Below are positions 47,001 to 59,000 of a stretch of DNA of 64,000 bases, in pieces. Source of the stretch: Monocercomonoides exilis PA203. Lineage: Eukaryota > Protista > Preaxostyla. The notes below the pieces were generated by a model that saw only the letters and a list, made by a program, of their open reading frames with translations, was not told where the DNA came from and did no database searches. Within the stretch, counting starts at the first letter, position 1; each line of letters begins with the position of its first letter. The stretch is taken from assembly GCA_001643675.2 (NCBI GenBank), contig LSRY02000015.1, positions 1,240,001 to 1,304,000 on the forward strand, given 5' to 3'. Position numbers and translations under genes: made by a program.

Positions 47001-47328
47001 ACGTGAGTCTATTTCACTTCATTGGCCTACCTTAAAGAAGCACAATTCTCCACATCACCAGCACCATCACAAACACTCACCTCATCATCGGGCATCCCCT
47101 CACAGTAGTTCTTCTCGTAAAAGCCGCTCACCTAATCCAAGGCACAAGCCTCCATTCTTCTCTCCGTATAAGCAGTCCTCTGCTCTCGGTGCTTCGTGCA
47201 TCCCACTTCAAAACCAGATGCCGCATAAGTTTGGAATTAGCTCTACTGAAGAAAACGACCTTTTGATGGAATTATGGTTTTTGAAGCATTGCATTCCAGC
47301 AGACGTGCAATATCCTGAGCAAGAATAG
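41068..47328 (+). CDS. Intronless type-I membrane protein with beta-helix/Pmp-like ectodomain and long Ser/His-rich cytoplasmic tail
   Basis: 2086-aa ORF with a signal peptide, repeated FxxC...GGAI/GGGI motifs, and a TM helix (FIAVVISVSCVLAVIVVLISCFAF) followed by RKRSK. Confidence 0.88.
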   Translation: MLIHKIFFFLCAVLYGLENEPDRNFSSSSISSVHDNEQAYQDSSKNPSCIHDNYIANSMNFNAKATNIHFSSQKQFLFLLRNTSAMAISLLFYQAPNSSCFLVAEDSNFEFRSSSFMSVNCFQSPFHISSSYLHLSNISFPFICTSLCVKPSNPKRKDFYNSLILESSSFFSNQLLGPLIESTHFAKLQIEHTSFINLTCKSSSNFLCREDSFHHEKETSFSTILFSSSSVERIFAPLSHTLVHIENSMHKSFITNCSFTSCATVYSNHQNITSSSSFSYDSFEKCESTKGGAIFVKGTNESEVITLKVDHCTFQKCNAQRRYDASGEGGSVYLCGAVTAEFTNSDFNRSTASEIGGAIFSIPLATEVEHASKTEAHSSSSSEASTSSSSSKYFSITTQSRPYSSKSLFKSSLSTASSIHPVLSIDSCLFRDCGSYIGGGLYVCSSLQPQITISTFSDALSVFKSKFLNCHSDITNLTKSRIGGGGIYFSGSSYFQMSETNFGECRASKRGGGIAMMLLVEESASRKLLSSTSAFSSVLSEDAEFTFKESFPFTYLIFDKSSAEDGADAIFDFASCSPEVSEALSQTSPFDKATCFSRLEDSRISVLINPSIPSTLSESEKDTSQNPPHCCKDNQEAKYNSFSEPIEEFGDSEYEIIQKDEWVPLPTLLYVDFSNESSKTPFCGHAKAKCQTICDAARTAEIKECSRPVEVILESASVDEPKGIEVFYYPVIFRPSDKLKNAVRAKAGSKTTYTSSAKSDQVPMRCATVNFVPATSTPDSLLNTNHYSVTLTDMCFNMKQSDQSSTENNFLIISQSDDESFFNITRCTLIATFSDPSSGIFESQLISVLATEIIINDFAVYNINSSTQFAAFVSQGSMTATSIKICQSNLTSTNVFFSFTSFKSLTLKNFTGSDLKGTLLRLVGIKNVTASIADIRVSRAGSITLMEAMGFSEFTMTDVRVEDCRANGTCICVVENGENVQHEGNGNKTPTTFKINSIYFCNVTSIGLMSISFSTVSAVINDVTIKSCNSGQMSYLAANINELQNFLAISNLAATTLTSQSQLISANLGNSFSLINSTISDCNYTYYGMCLQATPQTVINGNGTLLIEWGEWSNIITSYNFIVINNIEANVVFRHLTLRNIFTYYTPFFNFMMRNTLGNDKSNIIIDNCSLEDVRCVNASVPSLIYSLGMNSIRLNCTNAQFSNCIMNETSSMLIKISENPAFFRNCTFATGSVPISSNQIPIQLEHDQNLGQDSQSLNGQCGMLHSESNLQSSASLEDDYHCTWGTGIMYLIETNAQFEQCTFKGFCQGAIYATKSNVTVNSCLFEKNSAGLQKFPSMSRNVMCTDSGTLSMSDKDIPSYSTKRLINTEQELFSERKKQHFVGFDEYNDDAVINEANDVTYNFLTSHRDRLWISATNCNLTGTIQSFDYLLFKPALTEVQRSDDSSTGLSTLICKGTMLMPCGLRFCLKSFELDTNITKPISIFSFTQITNETCAMMILQTSTFTGAKPTTTISAGVAVMSDTGMQQSNWIEVQKGVLPKPVEPDEPDKPQNGSTKDKNEKMSIIPFLTQTQFIAVVISVSCVLAVIVVLISCFAFRKRSKVKNGINYQNNNGKSKQVMELQHGLDSSIEKDGTTSNKKGKKALPKVVNLCKIHQTPKKTYSERIKDWLNERNKYSSKGEKNWDNETEGSDLSIPLNINDNEIIEEKSKYLSGASNLVENEYTFVSLPSFKGFDGSIQSGPMKRKRSSKTEGDRDSIANSLLDTSSGNELQLGSVFDDCRSTVAFAKSACQQLDSLNLFPQTISAAGSALKEANVQEQKEKQHSTLLSASDSVNAANQMQCYSPPLVHVFKDGEDVVQSELTTPFPSSSDTSIPVLTNPSGESLSKNSTLHSKTNPNKKSSSRLSSSLSSTFSFPALSSSASSFISSSSFTPVSTFSTPSNTSSSFSINAHSHCISSSSSCSSHSPISSSEQHSLQRRESISLHWPTLKKHNSPHHQHHHKHSPHHRASPHSSSSRKSRSPNPRHKPPFFSPYKQSSALGASCIPLQNQMPHKFGISSTEENDLLMELWFLKHCIPADVQYPEQE

Positions 47329-47939
47329 AGTTTTAATCATCATTTAGTTAAATATTTGCTTTTATTTATTTATTTATTTATTTTTATTTTTATTTTTTAT
47401 TTCTTTTGAAAAAGTGGTATATTTCTGTATTTGGCGTTCACTGTTATTTTTTAATTGATTTGAATTTTTGCTGAAAAATTCTGGAGGAACTGTTTTCGTC
47501 AATTCGGTTTTAAACTGAAATATATGTAATTTGACGTTTCATACTTTTTTTTCAAAGCATGAGGATAAATTAATAATACCTTATACTCATTAACAAGCTA
47601 TTTTTTTTGTAATGTTTATTTAATGTTTAATTTTATCTTTGAAAATTTTTTTTCTATGATGTGTGACTCATCTTAAACACATTGAATGTCCTCAGGGAAG
47701 TTCGAAATTATCAAATTAGTTGATTATAAAACGAAAGCCCTGAAGATTTCCTATCAGTGAAACCAGTCTTTCGATTGTCTCAATTTTCCATATTGAATAA
47801 AAAAGATGATTTGATCCATAATAATTAAAAAAAAGTTGCAAAAATATAGCAACCATAAAAAATTATTATTTTGAAAAAAATATAAAACTTCAAAAAACAA
47901 TTCAATTTTTGGTGTGGATTAATAAGATTCTATCTCTGA

Positions 47940-49080
47940 AGATAATCAATTTTTCAATGACAATATTGCATTATTTATGATGCAATGAGGAATTCTTCAC
48001 CTATTTGTTGAAAGACCATCTTTTAATTCTGTAATTGTTGTTTTTGTTATTCCATCTTCGAAAACTCCACAGTCTCAACATTTTCCAAACATTTTCTTTT
48101 GGATAGAGATCTGGGGAGTACGGTGACCATGGAACGGTGTGAATTTTATTGTCTTCACAGTATTTTTTCTCGAGCTTTGATTTATGAATTGGTGCATTAT
48201 CATGTACGAATCTCCAAAAAAGTGACCACTTGGCATCAGCTCGCGGTTACAAAGTGCGCTTCAAAGTTCAAACATTATTATTTGAATTAATCTTTTCTCC
48301 AAATATGTAGCAAAATATTTTTCTTTTGAATATTGTTCCATGCAACATTTTCAAATATTATTCTCAATTTTAAATTTTCCTGTATTTTTTTGCATTGAAA
48401 TGAAAAATTTGCAATGAAATAATTGCAGTATAAGTTTGGAACAAACCTCGGTTTTTTTCATAATTGCAAAAATATTGTCCCATATTAACATATTTCTTTT
48501 GAAATTCAGACCAACTTTTCTCCACACCGTTTGTATTTGTCGAGGTTTCTGACTTTGATGATCAAAGGAAACAGCGTCATTTAAAGGAATCCATGTCATC
48601 CTTCTGCTATCTTGCCTATCAAGGTTGAATTTTTACTCGTCAGCAAAACAAATGTGTTTCCATTTGTTATCATATCGTTCATGGTGCTCAGCAAATACCT
48701 TTCTCTGTTGGATTGTGAAATCAATTTCAAGTTGTTTGTTTTTTCGAAGTGTGAACTTGGACGGAACATTGTGCAACAGTAATCGTGCTGTGGTGAGACC
48801 ACAATGGATTCCTGTCACCTTTGGGACATAACTTGCTGCATGTTTCAATTTTTCTTTCAGTGCTTTCTTGTCGATGGATCTGTTATTTCTTGTCGGAAAT
48901 GTTGGACACCAAAGTTTGCACTTGAATGTTCTTTGTGAGATAAGTTATTTTGTGTTTATGTAGTATAAGACGATTCTCTAGATGTTTTTGTCATTCTTGC
49001 TGATGCATTTCTTCTGAATCCTTTTGCCTGAAGTCTTTTGATTTTCAGCTATTTTTTCAGTGATAGTTATCGTGGCATTC
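47940..49080 (-). mobile_element. Decayed Tc1/mariner (IS630-like) transposase
   Basis: Fragments KWKHICFADE*KFNLD, HDNAPIH and WSPYSPDLYPKENVW match the D-D-E motifs (FSDE, QDNAPxH, SPDLNPIENxW), with multiple stops and frameshifts. Confidence 0.8.
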
Positions 49081-49118
49081 TGAATTCAATGAATGTGAAG
49101 ATATAAGGATATCCTGAC

Positions 49119-49172
49119 AATATTATATTATATTATATTATATTATATTATATAATATAATATTATATTATA
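49119..49172 (+). repeat. (ATATT)n microsatellite
   Basis: Directly visible, slightly imperfect pentanucleotide tract. Confidence 0.85.
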
Positions 49173-50031
49173 TTTTCTTTTCTTTCTTTCTTTTTTTTTT
49201 TTTCCAAAGTTTAAAATTTTTTGTCAGAAAACTTTGCGAACTTTTATTTCACAATTATTATTATAATTCACCTTTTTTTATAAAAAATATTGAGTCTTTT
49301 CAAAAGTTGGATGACTGTTTTATGTATTGAACAACAAACGAAGTAATTGTAATTACATTAAATGTCAAAAGCATCTTTTATCTGGTTCACAAAAACACTG
49401 AATGAGAGTCTGATATTGAACGATGAAAGTGCAATAGAAATGAACTTTCACAAAATATATCAATCGTGCTTGAAGAAACCTATCTTTATGACGTTTTGCT
49501 GTTTAAAAAATGATTGGAAAAAGACAGAAAAAATGCAAAAAAAAGTCTATGAACAAAAAATATGCAAAATCTGACTTTTGAAACAAAATGAATTGTAAGT
49601 ATTGCAAGTTTTCACATTGTCTGCATATATGTATATAAGATTTGAAGATCAAAACATCAACAACAAATAAACACAAAAATCAAAAAAATGCTCAACTCTC
49701 CAAAATGAAACAAATTTGTTCGAAATCAAAAATTGCCATTTTACATTTTTCAAATTCAATGATATTAAAATATCAATTCAATTCTTCGAGCAATCAGCCA
49801 CCCGCTTTTTGCTTGCGATTCGGAAACCGCAACAAAATTTCTTCACTGCGACTGACCAATTTCAACATTCACAATGCCATCACTTCTGTTTCTGCTTCGT
49901 CACACCAATGCCAACTTTCTTTCCCCTCTCCTCATTCGGTGTTTCAAATCGTTCAATCCACTCTCATTCGGTTTGTTTGTCGTTTCTATCATTCTTCCTT
50001 TTCCAGTTTTGTGCTCTTCAACCACAAACAA

Positions 50032-53000
50032 CTACAGAAATGATGTGTCGCTGAAACTGCTGCTCCCAATATCGCTTCCTCTGCCAACATCGCTCACGTT
50101 TTCATCGTCGATTGCATCAGACGCTGTCACAACCACCATCTCTGCAGGAAAGTGCCCGAAGAACTCTCGCTTCAGCTCCACAAGTGTGGGTCTGCTCTTC
50201 GCCTGCAGCGTCACACACGCTTTCGTCGTCTCACCAAAACTGCTTGTCTCAATCACCCCCATGTTTGGCCTCTCCCCATTCTTTATCTTCTCTCCAGCAG
50301 TCTCAGCCTCATAATCTCCAAATGGGATCTGCAGTGTCAGGCACTCCCAAAGCATCATCCCAATCGAAAATGAAACCGATTCCTTTGTTGCATGTTTCTT
50401 TTTCCCATTCAGCAGCTCAGGCGCCTTCCACCTCAGACACTCTTTTTTGAAACTATCCTCATCCTCAAAGGCTGAAGAAGGAAGAGAGTCACTTTCATCA
50501 TCATCATTGCCACTGGCAGATGTCACAACTGTTGATGAAGAGATGGAAGAAGAGTCTGAATCATCATCAGACAATAAGTCAGAGCGCATCACAATGCAGA
50601 TGACCATGTGCTCGGAGAAAAGAACAATGTGTGGACTCAGATTATTCAATGATTGAAGAGGGTTTTCCATTTCATCAAAGGAGTGAAGAGCTCCATTCGC
50701 CACCCAGAACAGGATCTGGGCAGCTGTCCGTTCTCTTTCTTTCAATGTGCCAATCGCCATCTCTTTTGTCTTATTCCTCCCATGAAGAAGCATGAACAGC
50801 GAATCCCTCAAGTCAACAATCAGCTTCTCATGTGGCGATGAACAGGCCATTGCATCCACCAGATTCGACATCGATGAAGTGGTTGGACACAGATCCTCCC
50901 CTCGAACAAATGTGGAATCTGAATCAGTCGTTGAAGTGGATGAAATAGATGGCGAAGGTGTTCTCTTCCTTATCTCTTCTTCCTCATCTTTCTCCAACAT
51001 CCATTGAGGGATCTTGTCTGAATCCTTTCCCAAGATATATTCAGTTGATTCACTCTCAGAGAGAAGATGCTCTGATGACTCTGAATGTTGCAGATTCGTG
51101 TCATATATCCTCTTCTTCATCCTTTCCTCATTCTTCTTCTCTGCCTCATTCTCTGCTCTCCTCCACTGCTCCTCTGGTGACATCTCCATCGTCACCATCT
51201 CAAATGCCTTCGGATCCTTTTTAATATTATCATTCACAATCTCTCTCAGATCTTCTGCTTCATTCTTGATCTTCTTCCACCGAACAGCAAGAACAACTGA
51301 AATAACAAGAACAATCAAAAACAGAACAATAAATATCACTGCGATTATGAAAGTCCATGATGATTTCCTTTCTTTCTTTCCTTCAACAATCTTATCATCT
51401 CCATTAACCTTGGGTTCACTTCTGTTCTTTAAAACAACAGATCTTGTGTATGATGGAGCAGTCGCACTGCCAAACTTCACAAAACATGATATCTCTATTT
51501 CCTCATCTGCTTCTGTCACCTTCACCAGAGGAATCCTTGCATGCGCTTCCTTCTCCCACACAAATCCCTCTTCATCAAACTCATATCCCTCAGTCGCTTC
51601 TTCATCGCCTCTCCTGAAAATCACCTTCAGAGATAGATTGCACGGGAGCAGAAGCCCTCCCTTTGCGACGAGATGCATGTTCTCTCCCTCTTCTTTCATC
51701 TCCACCTCCTCAAGCTCTGGGATGAACAGCGGTGACGCTCGCTCAGCTGCAATCCCCAGCAGACTGCACCCTTCTTCCAGAATCCACAGCGAGCTGTTCT
51801 CTTTCGCTCCATCTCCCCCTTTCAAGCTCCTCAAATCCACCTCTCCGCCTCCGCTGCACCGAACATTCCTCCGAACAGACTCATATCCTGCAATGTGCAC
51901 TTTGTTCTCCACAAACTCTCCTTTCTCCACTCTCACTTTCCCGCCATCCACCAACAGCCCTCCAGCTCCGCTCTTTTCCACTCTTGTATCCCTCATCACA
52001 CCAGCACTCCCTTCAAGCTCAACCACTGACCCATTCCATTTGCACACCTCGCTCAATCCAAACAAAACTTTTTCCTCCTCCTCACATCCATTCTCTTCAC
52101 TCCCTTTCCCGCCACAGAACAAACATGAAACAATCTTCATGTCAGTGCAATGCCCAAACAGAGCAAGCTCCCCCTGCCTTTTCCCCTTCCACTCGTTCAC
52201 AAACGAGCTGTTGAACACCTCCACCAAACACCCTCCAACATCAATCTCTGCAATCCTCCCTTCTTCATCTCCAAACGACACATTTCCCAGCGAGCAAAGC
52301 AACACTTCGCAGCTGCCCATCCCTTCCTGCCTTCCCCCTACCTGCCAGCTCAGCCCCATTGCACGCCTCCCCACCTTCACCTCTTCCACTTTCAGCCTCT
52401 CAAATACAACATTCCCAGACACCCCAACCCCTTCCACCTCACAGACACACTCCACTTCGAGCTTGGCCACCTTCACATCAGAAATATACACCTCAGCCCC
52501 CGATGCCTCGATCAGCGTCAGATGCACTGCCGAAGCATCTGCCCCTTCCACTGGGCTGAACTCGCATCCTTCCAACGACACACTCCCCTCTGAGCATCCA
52601 AACAGGACACAATGGCCTTCTTTCATCACTTCCGCAAACTGGAATGCAAGCAGCCTCATCTCCACTGCTCCTCGGCACTCAACCACCCTCCTCCTCTCCC
52701 CCTCGATCTGCCCAGCAACTGCCACCTCTGCTGCTGCCCTTCCTCGCGACAGCACACTCACCTCCTCAAACTCCATCTCACGATCCACCACACTCTTCCC
52801 ATCCACAATCAGCCTGCTTTCCACCTTGTGCGACACATGCGTCAGCCCATACCCAACACTCAAGCACGGCTGCTCCACAACCCCACACTGCCGTTTGTCC
52901 TCCCCGTTCCTCCCTTCTGCAGAACTCACAATAATCGTGTCTGCATGATACACAAGAATCAGATCCAGCAGATCCATCGGCTCCCTCGACTGCTCGCTCC

Positions 53001-56000
53001 GGTCAATCCCCAAGATCGCATTCTGCCGCACAAACACATCCTCGTCAAAACTCATCCGGAAGTGCGTCTCGTTGATCTGCCTCCGCAGATTGTCGCACTC
53101 CACAAATACATCCCGCCCGGCAAACGCTGTGTTCGCCTCAAACTTCTTCGGTGCAATCAGCATCCCCAGCTTCCCTGCCCCGTCTGTCCGCACATACATC
53201 CCGCCTCCCCGCCCCTTCTCCGTCGAGCACCCGCACTTCTCCACTCGACACTCCCGCAGCTCATACCACCCATCTGCCCCAACCTCCACAAAAATCGCTC
53301 CTCCTTTCTCATTCCCAGCCCCTTCACACCCCGTGAACACACAATCCACCAGCTCCACCCCCTTCCCCATCCAGTCCAGATAGCTCACCACCCGGCTTCC
53401 ATCTCCTGCTCCCTTCACAAACTCAAACTCTGATCCATTCACCACCAGTCCCCGCTCTTCGCTGTTCCTCTCCTTTTGCTGCCTTCTCACTCCCGATTTC
53501 ACTCCAAGGTCTGCTCTTGATATTGTTGATGCTGATGAAGCAACCACCTCAATCACACTCCCCGAGCTTATGTTGCACGAGCTCACTCTCATCCCTCTCA
53601 CCTGCACAGACACTTCGTGGCTCGCAACAATCATGCTCCTTCCTACTGACACCGAATCTGCTCGGACATCCTCCAGCACCATCTGTCCTCGAACTGCCTG
53701 CACAAACGATACCTCCATTACGCTGTCTCTATCCCCATCCCACGACAGCTTACAGTCCTTCATCATCAGCATCCCACTCCTGCTGGTTACCAGAGACCCT
53801 TCTTTGTTTACAAACCCTGCCATTGCACTCATTGTAAGATATGACAGCTCCAGGTTTCCCTCTCCTTCTAGATGTCCGCCCTTCCCTCCTGCTCCCATCC
53901 CGAACACCATCTCGCTTTTCGCTCTCTTCTCATCACTTCCCCCAAAAGACACCACTTCAAAGTCTCTCACCTTGTACTCATCCCTGATCTCGCTCTTTTC
54001 CCCAATCACCATCTTCCTCTTTCCCTGCCCAGCCTCCATCTGCCCCATCCCTTTCCAGAACGTGTGGCACGGATCTGCCTCGCTTCCACATCGCTTCACA
54101 TCATGCCCGCTCCACGACACATGCACCATCCAGTTTTCATATCCAACCAGGAACCTGAACAAATCTGTGTCCTTGTGGATCCCATCGCTCCCAACAAACA
54201 GGTTGCTGTCTTTCTCCATCTCGCCAAATTCAAACACAAATGTCTCTTCATTCACACTCCCATTCAGATCAGCACACTCCAGATACACATTCTTCCCCTT
54301 CCATGCTTCATTTCCCTCAAACACAACTCCCCGCAGCGTCAGCAGGGATGCACTCCTCGCTTCGCTTCCATTCACATGCACAAACCCTCCTCTTCCTTCA
54401 CTCACAGAACATTTGCATCCTCTTGCATTTGTGCTTCTCAACACAGCCTTCTCTTCTCCGCTCAGCTCAATTTCCATCACTCCCCCTGCTCTGCTCCCCT
54501 CACTTGCAATACCATCCGCCTCCAAGCTCTCCACAACCACACTCGAATGCACAGCAAACGGCACCTTCTCAAACGACGCTCCCCTGACAGAGCAGTTCTG
54601 CACATTCAGCATCCCCTTCAGCGTGCTCACAATCCTGTGTCCAACAACCCCGCTCTCTCTCCACTCAAACCCCACATTCGACACATTCACCACCCCGCCT
54701 TCTGTTCCCAGAACCATGCTTTGCCCACTTCCAAACACCTGAGGAAGACTTATCACAAACATCCTCACACTCAGGCGCTCACCACTCCACATCACAGCTT
54801 CACATCCATCGCTCTTCAGCTCCGATTCAACTTGCATCTTCGCCTGCTTTGCTTCTTCTGCCTCAGGCCCACATATCATTGTTCCTCTCTCAAACACAAA
54901 GCAGTCACTCACCACACATCTGTCGCTCACCACAACCTTCTGCCCTTCTTGCCCACTCTCTTCCTTCAGATGCCCAATCCCACACCAAAGCGTCCCACAT
55001 GCAATCTCCTCTTTCCCACACCCCAGAACATCCATCCCGCTCCCTTCCGACACATGCACCTCATCTCCGCTGAACTTCACCAGGAACAGAAGCAAATCAA
55101 TACTCTCCCTTGCAAATCTTCCATTATCCCTCCCTCGCAGCTCCACTTTGCTCACCCCATCTTCGCCCACAAGCTCCATCTCAAACCGTTTCGGAAGGAT
55201 TGTTGCATTCAAATCCTCACACACCACAAACATATCTGCCCCTTCCCCTGCCCTGTTCCTCTCAAACGCACACCCCTTCACAGCAAAGCAATCTTCCCTG
55301 CTCTCCCCAACAACACTCATATACATCCCTCCTCCTTTCCCTTCACTCCCCCTTGCCTCGCATCCCTCAAATGTGCTGTTCTCAATAACAACCACTCCGC
55401 CTTCTGCAACCTCACACTTCAATCCTCCTCCATCCCCTTCTTCAGATACACATCCTGTGAACATCGAATTGTTTTCCACTCTGCATCTCTTCCCTCGCTT
55501 CACAACAACCCCGCTCCCCATCACCATCTCGCATCTTTCCATTGTGATCCCACTCATTTCCATCTCTGATCCATTCTCCCCATCAATCATCCCTTCTCCA
55601 TTTGTCTTCACATCCTCCACTGTGACAAACCCCAGCTCCACTCTTCCATCCCCAACTCTCACAATCCCTCCTCCACAAAACTCAATCCCTCTCACTGTCA
55701 CACGCTCAATCTGCATCTCTCCGCCTTTCACGTTCCCCACCCACACGCTAGCCACTGAAGATCCACTTCCTCCCTCGCTTTCTTCCCCATCAAACTCGCA
55801 GTCAACAATCATCACAACCCCAACACTCATCGCCACAAACTCTTCATTTTCTGATTCTGCTGGCAGTTTCACAAGAAGCTTGCTCAGCACAAGCGATGCT
55901 TGCTCCCCTCCTTCCACAACCTCCACATGCCCCATCCTCCCAACATTCATCACCCCCTTTGTGTTGCTCCCCCGGATCGTCAGCGACTTCCCGTGCCGAT

Positions 56001-59000
56001 TGATAGAACCATTCAGCGTTGCCTCGCTCTTCACCTGCAGCACAAACTTCGTCTCCCCCATCCGCCCAAACCCTCGCTCCACTGTGTCACACGGTGTTTC
56101 TGAAAACCCACACATATCATCACTCCTTCCTCCTGCTTCCACAAACACCACCTCGTTCAGCGATGGATACAGATACACAAATATCGATTGGCTCACATCC
56201 ACTGCTGGCTCTCCATCAACCACCCACAATCTCTTTCGTGCCTCTTCATCCTCCTCTTCCCTTGTCGTCCCACTCCAATACTGCACATTCAGCACAACCC
56301 GCGGCTCTGCACACACCACAAACACATCCCGCCCAGCACTTGCCGAATTCTCGCTGAATCCCATATCCTTCATCCCATATTTCATCTCCACGCTCCGAAA
56401 CCACACATACATCCCTCCTCCAAACCCGCTCTCTGATGGAGCCAGACACCAGCTCACTGTGCTCTCCTGGCACAGCAGAGTCCCTCCCGCAAATACCTCC
56501 ACATAGCACCCTCCCCCTCTGATCCCTCTCCCTGTGCTCCCCTCTGTCAGCGTGCAGTTCTTCATATCCACCACCTTCCCATTCCCCACCTTCCACACCA
56601 TCATCCCCCCATTTCCCATCCGGCGCTTCATCTGCCTCACACTCACGTTCCTCATCTTCAACGAGCACTTCTCTTCCACCACAGCCACACTGCTGTCTTC
56701 CTGCTCTCCACCCACCACACTCGAGTTCCCTATCACCACTTCTTCTGCCTTTCTCCCAACTACAAGCCCAGAGGCACCAACTGTTTTCACCCCTTCAAGC
56801 TCCATCCCCTCAATCACCCCACATGCCCCTTCTCCATCAAACTCCATCATCCCTTTCCCTTCAAACTCAACATATTCAACACTCAGCTTCTCCAAATTCA
56901 CCTTCCCTCCAATCACCACAACAAACGAATACATGCACTTTTCTCCACTCACCCTCATCTTCATCCCGCATTTCCTCACTGCCAGCTCCTTCTCCTTGCA
57001 CACAAACAGACTCTTCCGCTCACACTCAAATCTCGAAGGCACACAAAACACCACCCGGCTCACCTCAACCCCCATCTTCACCTCAATCAGTCCATCCCCT
57101 GCCTCCCTTCCATCCTTCTCAACAATAATCTCCCTCTTTCCCTCTCCTCCATGAATCTCCATTTCTCCTTCTCCTGCAAGCACCATCCTCTCCAAAAACA
57201 CAAACGATTCCTGCAGCACCACATCCGCCTTCCCTTGCACACTTCGCACCTCCCCCGCAAACCCAATTGTGCTGCACGGATACCACTCATACCCGCAAAG
57301 CGGATAGTCAACCCCACTTTCTCCTCCCACATACACTGGTGCCATCCATTCTCCCACAAACACTGCAAGCGGCACTGTCATGCTCCGCTCAACATCATAC
57401 CCTTCAAACTCTCCCAGCCTTCCTTCCTCTCCAGGCATTTCCAGATCCATCTTTTCTCTTCTGACCAGTTTCACCAGATCCCCTCCCATAACATACACAT
57501 TGTCTCCTCCACTCACCCCATGGTTCTTTTTCTCTCCTTCCTCAAATCTCACCCCAAACACTGAAAACTCACTCCCTCCATTCACACACTCCAAATACAT
57601 CCCTCCCCCATATCCTCCTTCACCATCCCCTTTCTCTGCCTCACACATCCCCATCGCTGTCTTTGCCTCTGTCTCTGTGCTTCCCACACTCAATGATCCG
57701 CTCCCACTCACCTCAACCCACATTCCTCCTCCGTTCCCTCTTCTCGTTTTGCTCCCTTCAATCTTCACCTCGCTCACCACTGCCACCTCCCCATCCCCAA
57801 CAGCCATGCTCACAACTCCTCCATCTCCTCCCTCAATCGCCACTCCACTGAATGAGCTGTTCTTCACCTCCACCAACTTTCCATGGCGATCCCCAACCAC
57901 GCCACACCCAGTGCTGCTCCACCCGCTCACACTGCAATTCCTCATCTTCAGCTCTCCCTTCTCCAAACACTCAAACATCCCCTTTGCCCCTTCCCCTCCA
58001 ACCATGCTCGCCTTCATCCCCCTCACTTCGGCACATCCTCCACTCCCAACAACAACTCCCCCAAACGAGGAAAACACAACCGAGCATATCTCCATCTCAA
58101 CCACCGTCAACGAACCTCTTTCCACCACAAACAGCCCAAACTCGCAATGATCCACATTCTCATCACAGACTGCTTTGCACTCCTCAAACAACCCACTCGC
58201 TGTGACAAACCCAATCAAAAACACTCCCTCCTTCATGCCATTCAGTGTTTCCTCCAGCACAAACTCAAGCTGCCGCATCTTCACCACTCCTAGCACCTCA
58301 ACCATCCCACTCCCTCCGCTCCCATCACCAACCATCTTCATCCCCACACCTTTCACAGACCCCCTCACAACATATCCATCCACACTGTCCAGCACAAGAT
58401 CCTCATCCACACTCACCCCCGACACAACCTCCACCACTTTCAGCTTTCCCACAATCCGCCCCAGTGAATACCCCACACTCCTGCACATGTAGCTCCTGAA
58501 CCCACACGCTGTCGTGTCTGTCCCGCTCTCCGACACATACACAGCCACAGGAGGTGCCAGCAGATAATACCCCAGCGGGATCACAACACTTTGCTCTTCC
58601 TCCTCAACTCCTTCCATCTCATTCTCATCAAACTCCTCTCCAACTGCTTCAAAGAATGGCAGCCGCTCCAAAACAATGCTCTCTCGCAGCGATGGAGACA
58701 TCACAAACACATTCCTCCCATGCTCTGCCCTGTTATCCTCAAACACTGGCTGCTTTATCACAAATTCAGATCCAACACTCTCCAGCACCAGATACACTCC
58801 GCCTCCCTTCCCTTTCTTTCCCATCACTGGTGCAGCGCACCCTGCAAATGTACATTGCTCCAAACTCATCTGGCTCGTCTCTCCCACCTCTCCATACACC
58901 CCTCCTCCTCCTCTCTTTTCCATCTCCACCCCACAATTCCTCAGTGTGCAGTTGAATATCACCACTTCATTTGTCTTCCCAGCCTGCCTCTCAACATGCA

